Positions 7,274 to 16,043 of a stretch of DNA of 64,000 nucleotides are shown piece after piece (the stretch's first letter is position 1; every line of letters begins with the position of its first letter). The stretch is taken from IMG/VR virus record IMGVR_UViG_3300037119_002976, positions 1 through 64,000 of that record; one strand, 5' to 3'. The position numbers and the translations under genes were made by a program. The notes beneath the pieces were generated by a model. It saw only the letters and a program-made list of their open reading frames with translations, ran no database searches and was not told the origin of the DNA. This DNA comes from a virus (lineage: Duplodnaviria > Heunggongvirae > Uroviricota > Caudoviricetes).

Positions 7274-8898
7274 AAGAACGCGAGGAGATGCGCCAGGCCT
7301 TGCGCCAGGAGATCGTCGATCGCAAGGTCTCGGATGAGGCCGAGCGTCTCGGCCAGTCGTTGAGTGCCTTCGTCAGGGAGGCGTGGCCGCACGTCAAGAA
7401 GCACGAGCAGTACCGGCACAACTGGCACCTCGACGCGATCAACATTCACCTGGAGGCCGTGAGCGCGGGCGAGATCCATCGCCTGCAGATCTGGGTCCCG
7501 CCGGGTTCGATGAAGTCGCTGTCGGTGTCCGTCTTCTGGCACGCCTGGGAGTGGACGACGCGGCCGTGGCTTCGCTACTGGTCGGCCTCGTACGAGACCC
7601 GCCTGGCGGGACGTCTCTCGGCGATGGCCCGCGACCTCATGCTGGAGCGCTGGTACCAGGAGCGCTGGGGCCCGCTCTTCAAGTTCAACCGCGACGCCGA
7701 GCACTACTACGGCAACGACCAGGGCGGCACGCGCCTGGCGACGTCACCGGACTCGTCAGGAACCGGCGAGCACGGGCACCGCATCATCATCGACGACCCG
7801 ATCAACGCAAAGGACGCCGACGCCACCTCGAAGTCGACGCTTGACACCGTGAATGGGTGGTTCGATGGCACCGTCCCCTCGCGCGGTCTCGACGGAGTCC
7901 TCTCGCCTGACGGCGATATCATCGACCACGCCCGCGTCATCATCATGCAGCGCCTGCACGAGGACGACCTCGCTGCTCACGCCCTCGAGAACGATCGCGA
8001 TTACGTCGTCCTGTGCATCCCGGAGCGCTACTACGCGGGCCATCCGTTCGCTTACCGCGGACAGGGCGGGCACACCTCGACTGAGGACCTCGGCTCGACG
8101 TTCGGGCCCGGAGATCCGCGCATCGAGGACGAGCTGCTGTGGCCGGATCGCCGTTCCGAGAAGGCATCGGATGCGCTCAAGGCCCAGCTGAAGCATCGCG
8201 CCGCGGGTCAGCTCCAGCAGATGCCCGCGCCGAAGGAAGGCCAGTCGCTCCTGCGCTCGTGGTGGCGCTTCTACGATCCGAACCTCTTCAACGACGTGAA
8301 GCGCCGCCCCCGCTGCTCGATGGTCGTTCAGTCGATCGACTGCCCGCTCAAGGACAAGCAGACGAACGACATGATCTCGATCCAGGCCTGGGGCTGCAAG
8401 GGCGCCGATCGCTACCTGATCGACATCCGCACGTCGCACATGAGTTACTCGCAGGCCAAGCGCGCCGTCATCGAGCAGGCGAGGTACGTCCGGGCGATGT
8501 ACCCGAAGGCTCGCCAGAAGATCCTCATCGAGAACGGCGGCTACGGGCCCGAGCTCATCGTCGACCTGAAGCGCATCCTTACCGGCGTCGAAAAGGTCAG
8601 CCCAGCCTCGGAGGGCGACAAGGAGATCCGCGCCGACTCGGCTGCCGACGACCTGCAGGCGGGCAACGTCTGGTTGCCGGGGATCGGCGCCGGCGCCGAT
8701 ACGACACTGGGCCCGGCGGGCACCGTCTCCAAGGACATCAACGACTTCATCGAGTCGTGCGCGGTCTTCCCCCACGGCAAGCACGACGACGATGTCGACG
8801 CCTGGTCGCAGGCGATGAACTGGCTGCGCTCGCAGATCATCATTCCCGGTCGCACTGGCAGTGCCTACAAGGGGATGCGCAAGCGGGTGGCGGCATGA
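7270..8898 (+). CDS. terminase large subunit (about 542 aa)
   Basis: N-terminal ATPase with P-loop-like WVPPGSMKS (Terminase_6-like) and a C-terminal nuclease-like region with acidic residues. GTG 7270 in GTGA overlap; ATG 7288 is an alternative start. Confidence 0.8.
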   Translation: MKEREEMRQALRQEIVDRKVSDEAERLGQSLSAFVREAWPHVKKHEQYRHNWHLDAINIHLEAVSAGEIHRLQIWVPPGSMKSLSVSVFWHAWEWTTRPWLRYWSASYETRLAGRLSAMARDLMLERWYQERWGPLFKFNRDAEHYYGNDQGGTRLATSPDSSGTGEHGHRIIIDDPINAKDADATSKSTLDTVNGWFDGTVPSRGLDGVLSPDGDIIDHARVIIMQRLHEDDLAAHALENDRDYVVLCIPERYYAGHPFAYRGQGGHTSTEDLGSTFGPGDPRIEDELLWPDRRSEKASDALKAQLKHRAAGQLQQMPAPKEGQSLLRSWWRFYDPNLFNDVKRRPRCSMVVQSIDCPLKDKQTNDMISIQAWGCKGADRYLIDIRTSHMSYSQAKRAVIEQARYVRAMYPKARQKILIENGGYGPELIVDLKRILTGVEKVSPASEGDKEIRADSAADDLQAGNVWLPGIGAGADTTLGPAGTVSKDINDFIESCAVFPHGKHDDDVDAWSQAMNWLRSQIIIPGRTGSAYKGMRKRVAA

Positions 8899-9098
8899 AG
8901 TTCCTCGGCCGCGGTCTCTCGAAGTCCGATGTGGACGCGCTCGAACGGTCGATCCCGACAAACGATCCGATCGCGCAGCGCAACCCGGAGCGCCCGCTCT
9001 ACTCCGGCACCCACGAGGAGATCGAAGAGGCACTCGTGCCCTGGCTTCGGCGGCGAAGGAGAGCAGCTCGCCAACGCTCTCGTCGGTCGATCTGGTGA
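8895..9098 (+). CDS. hypothetical protein (67 aa)
   Basis: ATGA overlap with the terminase stop; Arg-rich C-terminus; TGA 9096-9098 overlaps the next GTG. Confidence 0.4.
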   Translation: MKFLGRGLSKSDVDALERSIPTNDPIAQRNPERPLYSGTHEEIEEALVPWLRRRRRAARQRSRRSIW

Positions 9099-9781
9099 TC
9101 GCGATCCTCGTCCCGGTCCTCGGTAGACCGCAGAACGCACAGCCACTCGTCGACTCGATTAAGCAGGCGACGACGGTTCCTCACCGCATCCTCTTCCTCT
9201 GCACGCCGTTTGACGTCGATGAGATCAATGCCGTTCACGAGACCGGCGCCGACATCCACAACGTCCGCTGGGAAGCCGGTCCCGGTGACTGGGCGAAGAA
9301 GATCAACCAGGGCTATCGCCTGACGGAAGAGCCCTTCATCCTTCTCGCCGCCGATGACCTTCGCTTCCACACTGGCTGGGACACCGAGGTGCTCCGCGTG
9401 GCCGAAGAGACGGGCGCTGGCGTCATCGGCACGAACGATCTCGGTAACGCGACGGTCATGCGCGGGCTCCACTCGACGCACCCCGTCGTTCGTCGCTCCT
9501 ACGTGGACGAGTACGGGACGATCGACGAGCCCGGCAAGGTCCTGCACGAGGGCTACCGCCATCAGTGGGTCGACACCGAGCTCATCGCCACGGCGCAGAT
9601 GCGTCACCAGTGGGCGTTCGCGAAGGGATCGCATGTCGAGCACATGCACCCGTTCTGGAAGAAGGGAAAGATGGACGCGACGTACGAGAAGGCACTCTCA
9701 ACTCCGACCGAGGACTTCGCGCACTTCAACCAGCGCAAGCACCTGTGGTCCCGAGCAGCGATGAAAGCGAGGTCAGCATGA
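9095..9781 (+). CDS. glycosyltransferase, GT-A fold (228 aa)
   Basis: GTGA overlap start. N-terminus VIAILVPVLGRP is typical of GT2-like enzymes; DxD-type FILLAADDLRF; the motif is DxD-type. Confidence 0.6.
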   Translation: MIAILVPVLGRPQNAQPLVDSIKQATTVPHRILFLCTPFDVDEINAVHETGADIHNVRWEAGPGDWAKKINQGYRLTEEPFILLAADDLRFHTGWDTEVLRVAEETGAGVIGTNDLGNATVMRGLHSTHPVVRRSYVDEYGTIDEPGKVLHEGYRHQWVDTELIATAQMRHQWAFAKGSHVEHMHPFWKKGKMDATYEKALSTPTEDFAHFNQRKHLWSRAAMKARSA

Positions 9782-10107
9782 ACGACGTCAAGATCCACGT
9801 GAAGGGGATCGAGGGATCGAGCCTGGTCGAGAAGGACGGTGTTCCGGCGGCGCTCTTCGGAGCTGTGCTCGAAGTCGACGGCCACATCATCGAGACGGCC
9901 TTCAAGATCGAGGTCACCTTCGAGGAGGGCTTCGTCACGGTCACCCCTCACTTCTACCCCGGCACGTTCACCGTCGTCTCGCACGACAAGGAGTCCTGGC
10001 ACGAGTTCGCGGCGAGGATGGAGCTCGAGTACAACCAGAAGAAGACCGCTCGCGATGGACTTGGCCGGGCACTCGCCCGCGTGCTCAATGAGGATGGAGA
10101 TGGGTGA
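9778..10107 (+). CDS. hypothetical protein (109 aa)
   Basis: ATGA overlap at 9778; beta-rich sequence. Confidence 0.5.
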   Translation: MNDVKIHVKGIEGSSLVEKDGVPAALFGAVLEVDGHIIETAFKIEVTFEEGFVTVTPHFYPGTFTVVSHDKESWHEFAARMELEYNQKKTARDGLGRALARVLNEDGDG

Positions 10108-10330
10108 GCTGATCGAGTTCCCGCTGCATCGTCGCTTCCAGAACGATCCACCACCCGACTCCGTGCTCGATGTCGTCGCGCAAACGGACGAGTGCAGCGA
10201 GTACATCCATGTCTTCGTCGAGGTGCCTGGTCGCTGCAAGTGCGGCGAGAACGAATGGACGGAAGACCACACTCTGGAGCCCGAGGGCATCGGCATCCAC
10301 CACGTCTTCGACCCACCGCCCGCCTCCTGA
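10088..10330 (+). CDS. hypothetical Cys/His-containing protein (about 80 aa)
   Basis: Three in-frame ATGs at 10088, 10094 and 10100 overlapping the upstream stop; CSEY...CKCGENEW; TGA 10328-10330. Confidence 0.4.
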   Translation: MRMEMGELIEFPLHRRFQNDPPPDSVLDVVAQTDECSEYIHVFVEVPGRCKCGENEWTEDHTLEPEGIGIHHVFDPPPAS

Positions 10331-10484
10331 CTTCTCAGGACTGAGAAGACGGCCCGCTCCGGGGTTGGTTCGCCGGGGCCGCAAAGATTCCGAGGAGTCT
10401 TTGCACGCTGGCCAAGTCAGCTTCTCACCCACACGCCGAGCGGACCGTCCACCTACCAGTCCGGCTCGCGTGAGTGAGTTCTTA

Positions 10485-10557
10485 TGCCCGCCCCGGGACT
10501 CGAACCCGGAAACCTCCGTTTCTGAGACGGAGTGCTATGCCGATTCGCTAGACGGGC
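10485..10557 (-). tRNA. tRNA, candidate anticodon CAG (Leu-type anticodon on a class-I, short-variable-arm scaffold)
   Basis: Reverse complement gives acceptor GCCCGTC/GGCGGGC, T-arm CCGGG-TTCGAGT-CCCGG and anticodon arm TCCGT-CTCAGAA-ACGGA with U33 and A37. The variable region is only 5 nt; no CCA. Confidence 0.55.
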
Positions 10558-10559
10558 AA

Positions 10560-10629
10560 TGGGGCCCCGAGGAATCGAACCTCGTCCTGTCGGGTTACAG
10601 CCGAGCATGCGCCACTACACCAGGACCCC
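10560..10629 (-). tRNA. tRNA, candidate anticodon GUA (Tyr-type anticodon on a class-I scaffold)
   Basis: Reverse complement gives acceptor GGGGTCC/GGGCCCC, T-arm CGAGG-TTCGATT-CCTCG and anticodon loop CTGTAAC, with a 4 bp stem plus a C.C pair. It lies 2 nt from the neighbouring tRNA. Confidence 0.5.
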
Positions 10630-10830
10630 GTGGGGGCTAGGGAAGGCGCAGATACAACCGGCGAACCACGGCGCGAGCGTATCGAGGAATGGGCGCCGGC
10701 GCAACCGTGGAAGCCTCCCGAAGGAGTGTCCCGTCCGCAGTTAGCGTCGGCGCCCGCATGCAGTCTAATCCGACCCGAGGGTGTATATTTACCTCTGTCC
10801 CGTTCGTAATCGAACCGATGGAGGTTTGTG

Positions 10831-11799
10831 ATGGGTTGGATCGTTCTCACGGTGCTCGCCGTGATCCTGTTCTGGGTTGGAATCGGTATCTGGGTCTACG
10901 CACGCAAGCGCGATGCGGTTCTCGAGGCCGAGGGCCGCACATCTTCAGATCTCATGCCATCCGGGCTCGGGCTCTACGCCGCGATCGGGGTCGGCATCTG
11001 TTGGGTCTTCATGTCCTTCTTCTTCATGGTCCACACGGTGGGCCAGCGGGAGGTGGCGATCGTCTACAACTTCTCCGGCACGATCGCGGGGAAGAAGGAT
11101 CCCGGAGTCGTGACCACGTTCCCCTGGCAGCACGTTCGCAAGGAGAACGTCGGCATCCAGCACACCGAGTACGACTTTGGCGCGAACAACTCCGCTGTCT
11201 CCAAGGACCAGCAGAAGATCTTCGCGAAGCTGGCGGTCAACTACCAGATCGACTCCGTGAACGTCGTCGACCTGTACGAGCGGGTCGGGCCCTCGTGGAA
11301 GGACATCATCATCGAGGCCAGGGTGCCGCAGGTGTTCAAGGAAGTCACTGCGACGTTCCCGACGCCGAAGATCACCGAGGAGCGGGCCGAGCTGCGCGAG
11401 CAGACTCGCACGCGCCTCATCGCCGAGCTCAACCAGTACGACATCAAGGTGGTCGACGTCTTCATCACGAACCTCGGCTTCTCCGATCAGTACTCGCAGG
11501 CGATCGAAGAGAAGCAGCAGCAGGTTCAGGATGCGCAGCGTGCCGAGGCCAAGGTCAAGCAGGTCGAGGCCGAAGCTCGCCAGAAGGTCGCGCAGGCCGA
11601 GGGTGAGGCGAAGTCGAACGTCGCTCGCGCTCGTGGTGACGCTTCTGCCAACCGTCTGCGTCAGCGCTCGCTGACCCCACGCCTGATCCAGTGGGAGGCA
11701 ATCCAGAAGTTGAACCCCAATGTCCAGATCATCGTCTGCCCGCCGCAGTCGGTCTGTATCCCGAACTCGGCTGTCGTGCCGAACCCAGGAGGCAACTGA
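10831..11799 (+). CDS. SPFH / band-7 (stomatin/prohibitin/HflK-C family) membrane protein (322 aa)
   Basis: RBS GGAGG 6 nt before ATG 10831; N-terminal TM helix; SPFH core REVAIVYNFSGTIAGKKDPGVVTTFPW...; long C-terminal coiled coil (EEKQQQVQDAQRAEAKVKQVEAEARQK). Confidence 0.75.
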   Translation: MGWIVLTVLAVILFWVGIGIWVYARKRDAVLEAEGRTSSDLMPSGLGLYAAIGVGICWVFMSFFFMVHTVGQREVAIVYNFSGTIAGKKDPGVVTTFPWQHVRKENVGIQHTEYDFGANNSAVSKDQQKIFAKLAVNYQIDSVNVVDLYERVGPSWKDIIIEARVPQVFKEVTATFPTPKITEERAELREQTRTRLIAELNQYDIKVVDVFITNLGFSDQYSQAIEEKQQQVQDAQRAEAKVKQVEAEARQKVAQAEGEAKSNVARARGDASANRLRQRSLTPRLIQWEAIQKLNPNVQIIVCPPQSVCIPNSAVVPNPGGN

Positions 11800-11897
11800 T
11801 GATCCTTCCGACGAACGTCGATGCTCTGCTCAGGGACATGCAGAAGCTCGTGCAGACCGCCACTCGTCTGCTCACAAAGCTGGAGGAGAAGCTCTGA
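11799..11897 (+). CDS. small helical protein (32 aa)
   Basis: ATG 11799 overlaps the SPFH stop (TGATG); TGA 11895-11897 overlaps the next ATG. Confidence 0.3.
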   Translation: MILPTNVDALLRDMQKLVQTATRLLTKLEEKL

Positions 11898-12229
11898 TGC
11901 TCACGAAGCTCCGCGCCAGCCTGGACGATCCGTGGACTAAGGGCCTCGTCATCGCGGCAGTCGTCCTCGCCATCCTCGCCATCGTCCTCCTCCTCGCCGG
12001 GTGCGGGGAGGAGGGGGCGGAGGGAGCCAGCGGCGGTTGCACCGGAACGGTCACGAAGACGTACACGGAGTACAAGGCCGGGGTCGGGATTCAGTCCGGC
12101 AGTGTCACCATCCCGACCGGAAACACGCGCTACTACATCGCCGTCAAGCGCGACGACGGCACCTACTGCTCACAGCGACTCGACAAGAGCGAATGGCTCG
12201 CCGTCACGGAAGGAGACACCTATGGGTAA
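11897..12229 (+). CDS. putative lipoprotein with beta-rich C-terminal domain (110 aa)
   Basis: RBS GGAGGAG before ATG 11897; TM/signal segment and lipobox LLLAG-C; beta-strand-rich C-terminus of about 70 aa (possible NfeD-like OB fold). Confidence 0.55.
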   Translation: MLTKLRASLDDPWTKGLVIAAVVLAILAIVLLLAGCGEEGAEGASGGCTGTVTKTYTEYKAGVGIQSGSVTIPTGNTRYYIAVKRDDGTYCSQRLDKSEWLAVTEGDTYG

Positions 12230-12368
12230 GAGATTCCTGAGAGCGCTCGCGGAGTTCTTCAACCCGCGTGACTGGGTCCCCACGTTCCCGATCGTGCGCA
12301 AGCACGACCCGGACGCTCAGGGCTACCAGACGTTCGGGGAAGCGCTGCGCGGGTTCAAGAAGGACTGA
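12222..12368 (+). CDS. hypothetical protein (48 aa)
   Basis: RBS GGAAGGAGA before ATG 12222; overlaps the upstream stop. Confidence 0.4.
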   Translation: MGKRFLRALAEFFNPRDWVPTFPIVRKHDPDAQGYQTFGEALRGFKKD

Positions 12369-12370
12369 CC

Positions 12371-12604
12371 ATGTGGCCCTTCAGGAAGAAGAAGAGGCGC
12401 TCAAGCGACCCACCCGCCTCCGGGATCGCCGGTGACGTCGCTGACGCGATCATCATCAACGAGATCTTCGCTCCTGGCTCGACCGCGGCTGCGCTCGGTG
12501 CTGTCGCGGATGCGGCTGGAGCAGTGGGCGGCGCGGCCGTCGATGTGGCGGGTGCCGTCGCCGAAGTCGCTGGCGAAGCTCTGGACGGAGGGTTCGATGG
12601 CTAG
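12371..12604 (+). CDS. hypothetical Ala/Gly-rich protein (77 aa)
   Basis: ATG 12371 lies 3 nt after the upstream stop; TAG 12602-12604. Confidence 0.4.
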   Translation: MWPFRKKKRRSSDPPASGIAGDVADAIIINEIFAPGSTAAALGAVADAAGAVGGAAVDVAGAVAEVAGEALDGGFDG

Positions 12605-12728
12605 GGTCATGGAGCTCTTCGTGATCGTCAACGCGGCCTGCGGCATCGCGGCCTTCGTGATCGCGAAGGGGATGATCAAGCGAGCGAAGCGCAAGATCAC
12701 CGGAGAGGACGAGCGATCCGGCCCTTGA
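12597..12728 (+). CDS. small membrane protein (43 aa)
   Basis: ATG 12597; TM helix LFVIVNAACGIAAFVIA; TGA 12726-12728 inside the TTGA overlap with the next gene. Confidence 0.3.
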   Translation: MARVMELFVIVNAACGIAAFVIAKGMIKRAKRKITGEDERSGP

Positions 12729-13288
12729 CCGAAGCTCTCCTTCTCGCCCCGCACGGCGACGACGAGACCCTCTTCGCAGCGTTCACGTGCATGCGCTACG
12801 GCAAGCGCATGCACGTGATCGTCTGCACCCAGGACGCCGATCCGGCGATCCGCGGCGTTCGCTCGATGGAGACGAAGAGAGCCATCAGTCTCCTCGGTTG
12901 CACCCATCACGAGTGGCCCATGTCGGCCGACGAGCCCAACTGGGATTCCGCGAAGGAATGGCTGGGAGCGTGGGCCTCCGACAAGCTGTTCGCGACGAGA
13001 ATCGAGAAGGTGTTCGCGCCGGCGATCGAAGTCGAGGGCCACGAGCAGCACAATGCTGTCGGACTCCTAGCCCAAGATGTCTTCGGTGATCGCGTCACGC
13101 ACTACCTCACCTATGGCCCTCGTGGAGAGCGCTCCCAGCACGGCGTGGAGGTCGCACCCCCGACGGCGCACGAGATCGTTCGCAAGCTACGAGCTCTGTC
13201 CTGTTACGAGTCGCAGATCACGAACCCTTGCTCCATGCCCTGGTTCTTCGATCTGCTTGACATGAGAGAGTGGTGGGCGGCGGAATGA
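12725..13288 (+). CDS. PIG-L / LmbE-family de-N-acetylase (187 aa)
   Basis: TTG 12725 in TTGA overlap; N-terminal signature LLLAPHGDDETL (the HPDDE motif of the PIG-L family) and conserved His residues downstream. Confidence 0.65.
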   Translation: MTEALLLAPHGDDETLFAAFTCMRYGKRMHVIVCTQDADPAIRGVRSMETKRAISLLGCTHHEWPMSADEPNWDSAKEWLGAWASDKLFATRIEKVFAPAIEVEGHEQHNAVGLLAQDVFGDRVTHYLTYGPRGERSQHGVEVAPPTAHEIVRKLRALSCYESQITNPCSMPWFFDLLDMREWWAAE

Positions 13289-13686
13289 GCGGTCGCGAGC
13301 TGGTTGTCACCCGTCACGCGGTCGCGGCCTACTCTCGACGGCGCAACGACGCACGCTCACTGCGCCTGCTCGCCGCTGTCAACTGGAACCCAGACATCGT
13401 GCGCAGGTCGTACGGCGCGGAGACCGCCGACAGGCTCATCATCTTCTACAACGAGCTCGAGCGCGAGATCGCCGAATGTGTCCAGTACGCGCTGGACAAC
13501 GGACTCACCGAGAGGCGCAAGCCTCCAGGCTTCGTTCTCTACAGGCGCAAGCGCGATGCCTTGCCCGATGGGCAGAGGTTCGTTCGCTGTGAAGAGGACT
13601 CGCCGTACGGCTTCATCGTTCAGCGCGACCCCGGCGGGAAGGACGTTGTCCTGACGACCATCTCTCGCGTGGGGGTGCGGAAGTGA
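13285..13686 (+). CDS. hypothetical protein (133 aa)
   Basis: ATGA overlap start; TGA 13684-13686 overlaps the next GTG. Confidence 0.45.
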   Translation: MSGRELVVTRHAVAAYSRRRNDARSLRLLAAVNWNPDIVRRSYGAETADRLIIFYNELEREIAECVQYALDNGLTERRKPPGFVLYRRKRDALPDGQRFVRCEEDSPYGFIVQRDPGGKDVVLTTISRVGVRK

Positions 13687-14210
13687 GTCTCCGCGACCTG
13701 GAGCGCGAGTCGATCCGCAGCTTCGTCGCGCAGGCGGCATCCGAGGGCTACCTGCAGAGCGCTGTCCTCGATTACGGCTGCGGCAAGCAGCCCTACCGTG
13801 AGATCGTGGAGGCGCAGCTCCCGCTGGGCGGGGTGTATCAGCCCTTCGATCAGCAGCGCTTTCCGGGGAACGTCTCCGGCGAGAACATCGGTGAGGGTGA
13901 TCCACTCATCATGGAGGGGTGGGGCTCGATCCTCTGCACGCAGATCCTTCAGTTTGTCCCTGACGTGGAGGGTCTGCTCGGCAGGTTCTGGCACGTCCTG
14001 CGCGAGGGCGGCCATCTCGTGATGACGTACGTGACCAATTGGGCCGAGGTTGAGCCGGGTGATCTTCATCGCCACACGAGAGCGGGCATGGAGCGACTGC
14101 TGATCGAGTCCGGATTCAAGATCATCCAGCACACACCTCGGGAGATCGCCGCGGTCACGCTCGACGGCGAGAACCTGTACGCCGGGTACGGGGTGGTGGC
14201 CCGCGCCTGA
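13683..14210 (+). CDS. class I SAM-dependent methyltransferase (175 aa)
   Basis: GTGA overlap start; motif I VLDYGCGKQPY; acidic loop after beta2; typical length for a small O/N-methyltransferase. Confidence 0.65.
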   Translation: MSLRDLERESIRSFVAQAASEGYLQSAVLDYGCGKQPYREIVEAQLPLGGVYQPFDQQRFPGNVSGENIGEGDPLIMEGWGSILCTQILQFVPDVEGLLGRFWHVLREGGHLVMTYVTNWAEVEPGDLHRHTRAGMERLLIESGFKIIQHTPREIAAVTLDGENLYAGYGVVARA

Positions 14211-14629
14211 TGTGCTTCACCTGCACCCTCGAAGAGGTCACCGGGATCGACTCCCAGGACTTGGAGGATGGTTGGACGCCGGACATCGTCGCTGCCGTCC
14301 AGTGGCCTGCGGTCACCGACGACATGAAGCTCCTTGCTCGCCTGCGCTGGGTGCTCTACGAATGCACGAGCGCCTGCACGGGCGGGCCGATGCACATCTT
14401 CACCGACGACTACAACATCGAGGACTCCAACCTCGACTTCTGCGAGAAGGACACCCTCAACGACACGCACTGGGGCGTGACCGACTACCCAGACTGGCCG
14501 CTGGTGAAGGCGCTCACGCTCCGGATGATCGAGCTCGCGCGGCCGATGAACAACGCCGAGCGAGTCGTCTCACTGTCTCTGTCCTGGGGTGAGCTACAGC
14601 TCGACACGAACGGAAAGGTGGTCCGATGA
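14210..14629 (+). CDS. hypothetical protein (139 aa)
   Basis: ATG 14210 overlaps the upstream TGA by 1 nt; Cys/Trp-rich. Confidence 0.5.
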   Translation: MCFTCTLEEVTGIDSQDLEDGWTPDIVAAVQWPAVTDDMKLLARLRWVLYECTSACTGGPMHIFTDDYNIEDSNLDFCEKDTLNDTHWGVTDYPDWPLVKALTLRMIELARPMNNAERVVSLSLSWGELQLDTNGKVVR

Positions 14630-14805
14630 GGAACTTCATCGTCTTGCGGAAGATCGACTCCAGTGGAGTCTGGCAGGAGGTCACAGCGCTGCGGGCGTGG
14701 TCTCGGAAGGGGGCGCTGCGTCAGGTCGAGGAGGCGGGCACGCAGTTCGGCCAGTACGTCGCCGTCCCGCTCAGGCAGTGGCGTGTCATGGACATACCGC
14801 TGTGA
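14626..14805 (+). CDS. hypothetical protein (59 aa)
   Basis: ATGA overlap at 14626 and GTGA overlap at 14802-14805 bracket this ORF between two genes; frame differs from the 14589 ORF. Confidence 0.35.
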   Translation: MRNFIVLRKIDSSGVWQEVTALRAWSRKGALRQVEEAGTQFGQYVAVPLRQWRVMDIPL

Positions 14806-15299
14806 GCAAGATCGTCATCGACGTCGGGTGCGCACGCTACGGCGGCGACTACTCCATCGAGCGGTTGATCGAGAAGTTCGAGCCGGACGTGCTCTATGGC
14901 TTCGATCCATCGTGGGAGCCCGAGATGTACGACTTCGCCTCCAACCCCACTCCGGTGATTGTGTCAACCGAAGTGGCGTGGACACGGCGTGGACTCGTGC
15001 CCTTCATGGTGGACGGGCTGAACGGCCAGGTGGGCGACGCCGACTTCTGGCCGCGCCTTCGCTGCATTGATCTCGCTCGCTTCATTCGCAATCTTCCGGA
15101 TGGGGACGAGATCATCCTCAAGATGGACTGCGAGGGCTCCGAGTACGACCTGCTGGAGCACCTGATGAACAAGGGCGTCGATGAGCGCCTCTCTCTCGCA
15201 TGGATCGAGTGGCACCCGCGCGGAGTGCCCGATCCTGTTGAGCGCCGTGCGTCGATCGAGCGCCGGCTGCGCTGCCAAGTCGATGAATGGCTCTGGTGA
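14802..15299 (+). CDS. FkbM-family methyltransferase (165 aa)
   Basis: GTG 14802; motifs IVIDVGCARYGGDYS and LKMDCEGSEYDLLEHL (FkbM signature). Paralogue of 41567-42121. Confidence 0.65.
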   Translation: MSKIVIDVGCARYGGDYSIERLIEKFEPDVLYGFDPSWEPEMYDFASNPTPVIVSTEVAWTRRGLVPFMVDGLNGQVGDADFWPRLRCIDLARFIRNLPDGDEIILKMDCEGSEYDLLEHLMNKGVDERLSLAWIEWHPRGVPDPVERRASIERRLRCQVDEWLW

Positions 15300-15390
15300 G
15301 GAGTTCAATTGGCCGCTTCTGATCTCCCTGATCCTGTGCGTCCTGTTCTGGGCGATGGTGGTGGGCCTCCTGCTGTGGTGGGTTCTGTGA
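15283..15390 (+). CDS. tiny membrane peptide (35 aa), speculative
   Basis: ATG 15283 in the frame of the 15181 ORF; TM helix LLISLILCVLFWAMVVGLLLWWVL; its TGA 15388-15390 overlaps GTG 15387 of the next gene. Confidence 0.2.
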   Translation: MNGSGEEFNWPLLISLILCVLFWAMVVGLLLWWVL

Positions 15391-16043
15391 ACGTCACGGC
15401 GATCATCGTCACCCGCGGAGACGTCGACCTCACTCCGATCCTCGATTCGCTGCCCGTCGAGTGGGAGCGCATCGTCTGGGACAACGGCTATCACGGCTGG
15501 CCCCACGTCAATCACTACAAGGACGGGAACGACTGGCGCCCGGACGGCGTGCCGGGTGAGGTGCACGATCTCTCGGTGTACGGACGCTACGCCGCCATCC
15601 AGTATGCGAGCAACGACCTGATTTACGTCCAGGACGACGACTGCGTGGTGAGCGACCCGGGCCGCGTTATGTGGCACTGGCTGAATCAGCCGAACGCCCA
15701 GGCGGTCGTCTGCAACATGCCGCCGCAGTTCCGCTACGGCTTCTACGAGGAGCACGCGCTGGTCGGCTTCGGCGCTGCCTTCCACCGAGACGCGCCCGAG
15801 GAGGCGTTCAGTACCTTCTGGGAGGCGGTGACGCTCGGGCCTCTCGGGCCAACGGGCACGGACTTCTTCAACCGCACCTGCGACGTCGTCTTCACTGCGC
15901 TCACTCCTCGCGTCCTCGTCGACGTGCCCTACGAGGACCTCTCTTGGGCGACGGCCGACGATCGGATGTACCGCCAGCCCCAGCACCTGGGCGAGCGCTC
16001 GAAGATGCTCGAGCTGGCGTTCCGGGCGAAGGACGCGACGTGA
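15387..16043 (+). CDS. putative glycosyltransferase, GT-A-like (218 aa)
   Basis: GTG 15387; N-terminus VNVTAIIVTRGDVDLTPILDSL resembles GT-A NDP-sugar binding strands; acidic DxD-like LIYVQDDDCVV. Confidence 0.5.
   Translation: MNVTAIIVTRGDVDLTPILDSLPVEWERIVWDNGYHGWPHVNHYKDGNDWRPDGVPGEVHDLSVYGRYAAIQYASNDLIYVQDDDCVVSDPGRVMWHWLNQPNAQAVVCNMPPQFRYGFYEEHALVGFGAAFHRDAPEEAFSTFWEAVTLGPLGPTGTDFFNRTCDVVFTALTPRVLVDVPYEDLSWATADDRMYRQPQHLGERSKMLELAFRAKDAT

Noticed and set aside
8139-9098. 319 aa + strand ORF across the terminase 3' half
   Set aside because: It lies in an alternative frame of the terminase gene with Arg/Pro/Gly-rich translation. Only its last 67 codons (8895-9098), which have an ATGA-coupled start, are plausible.
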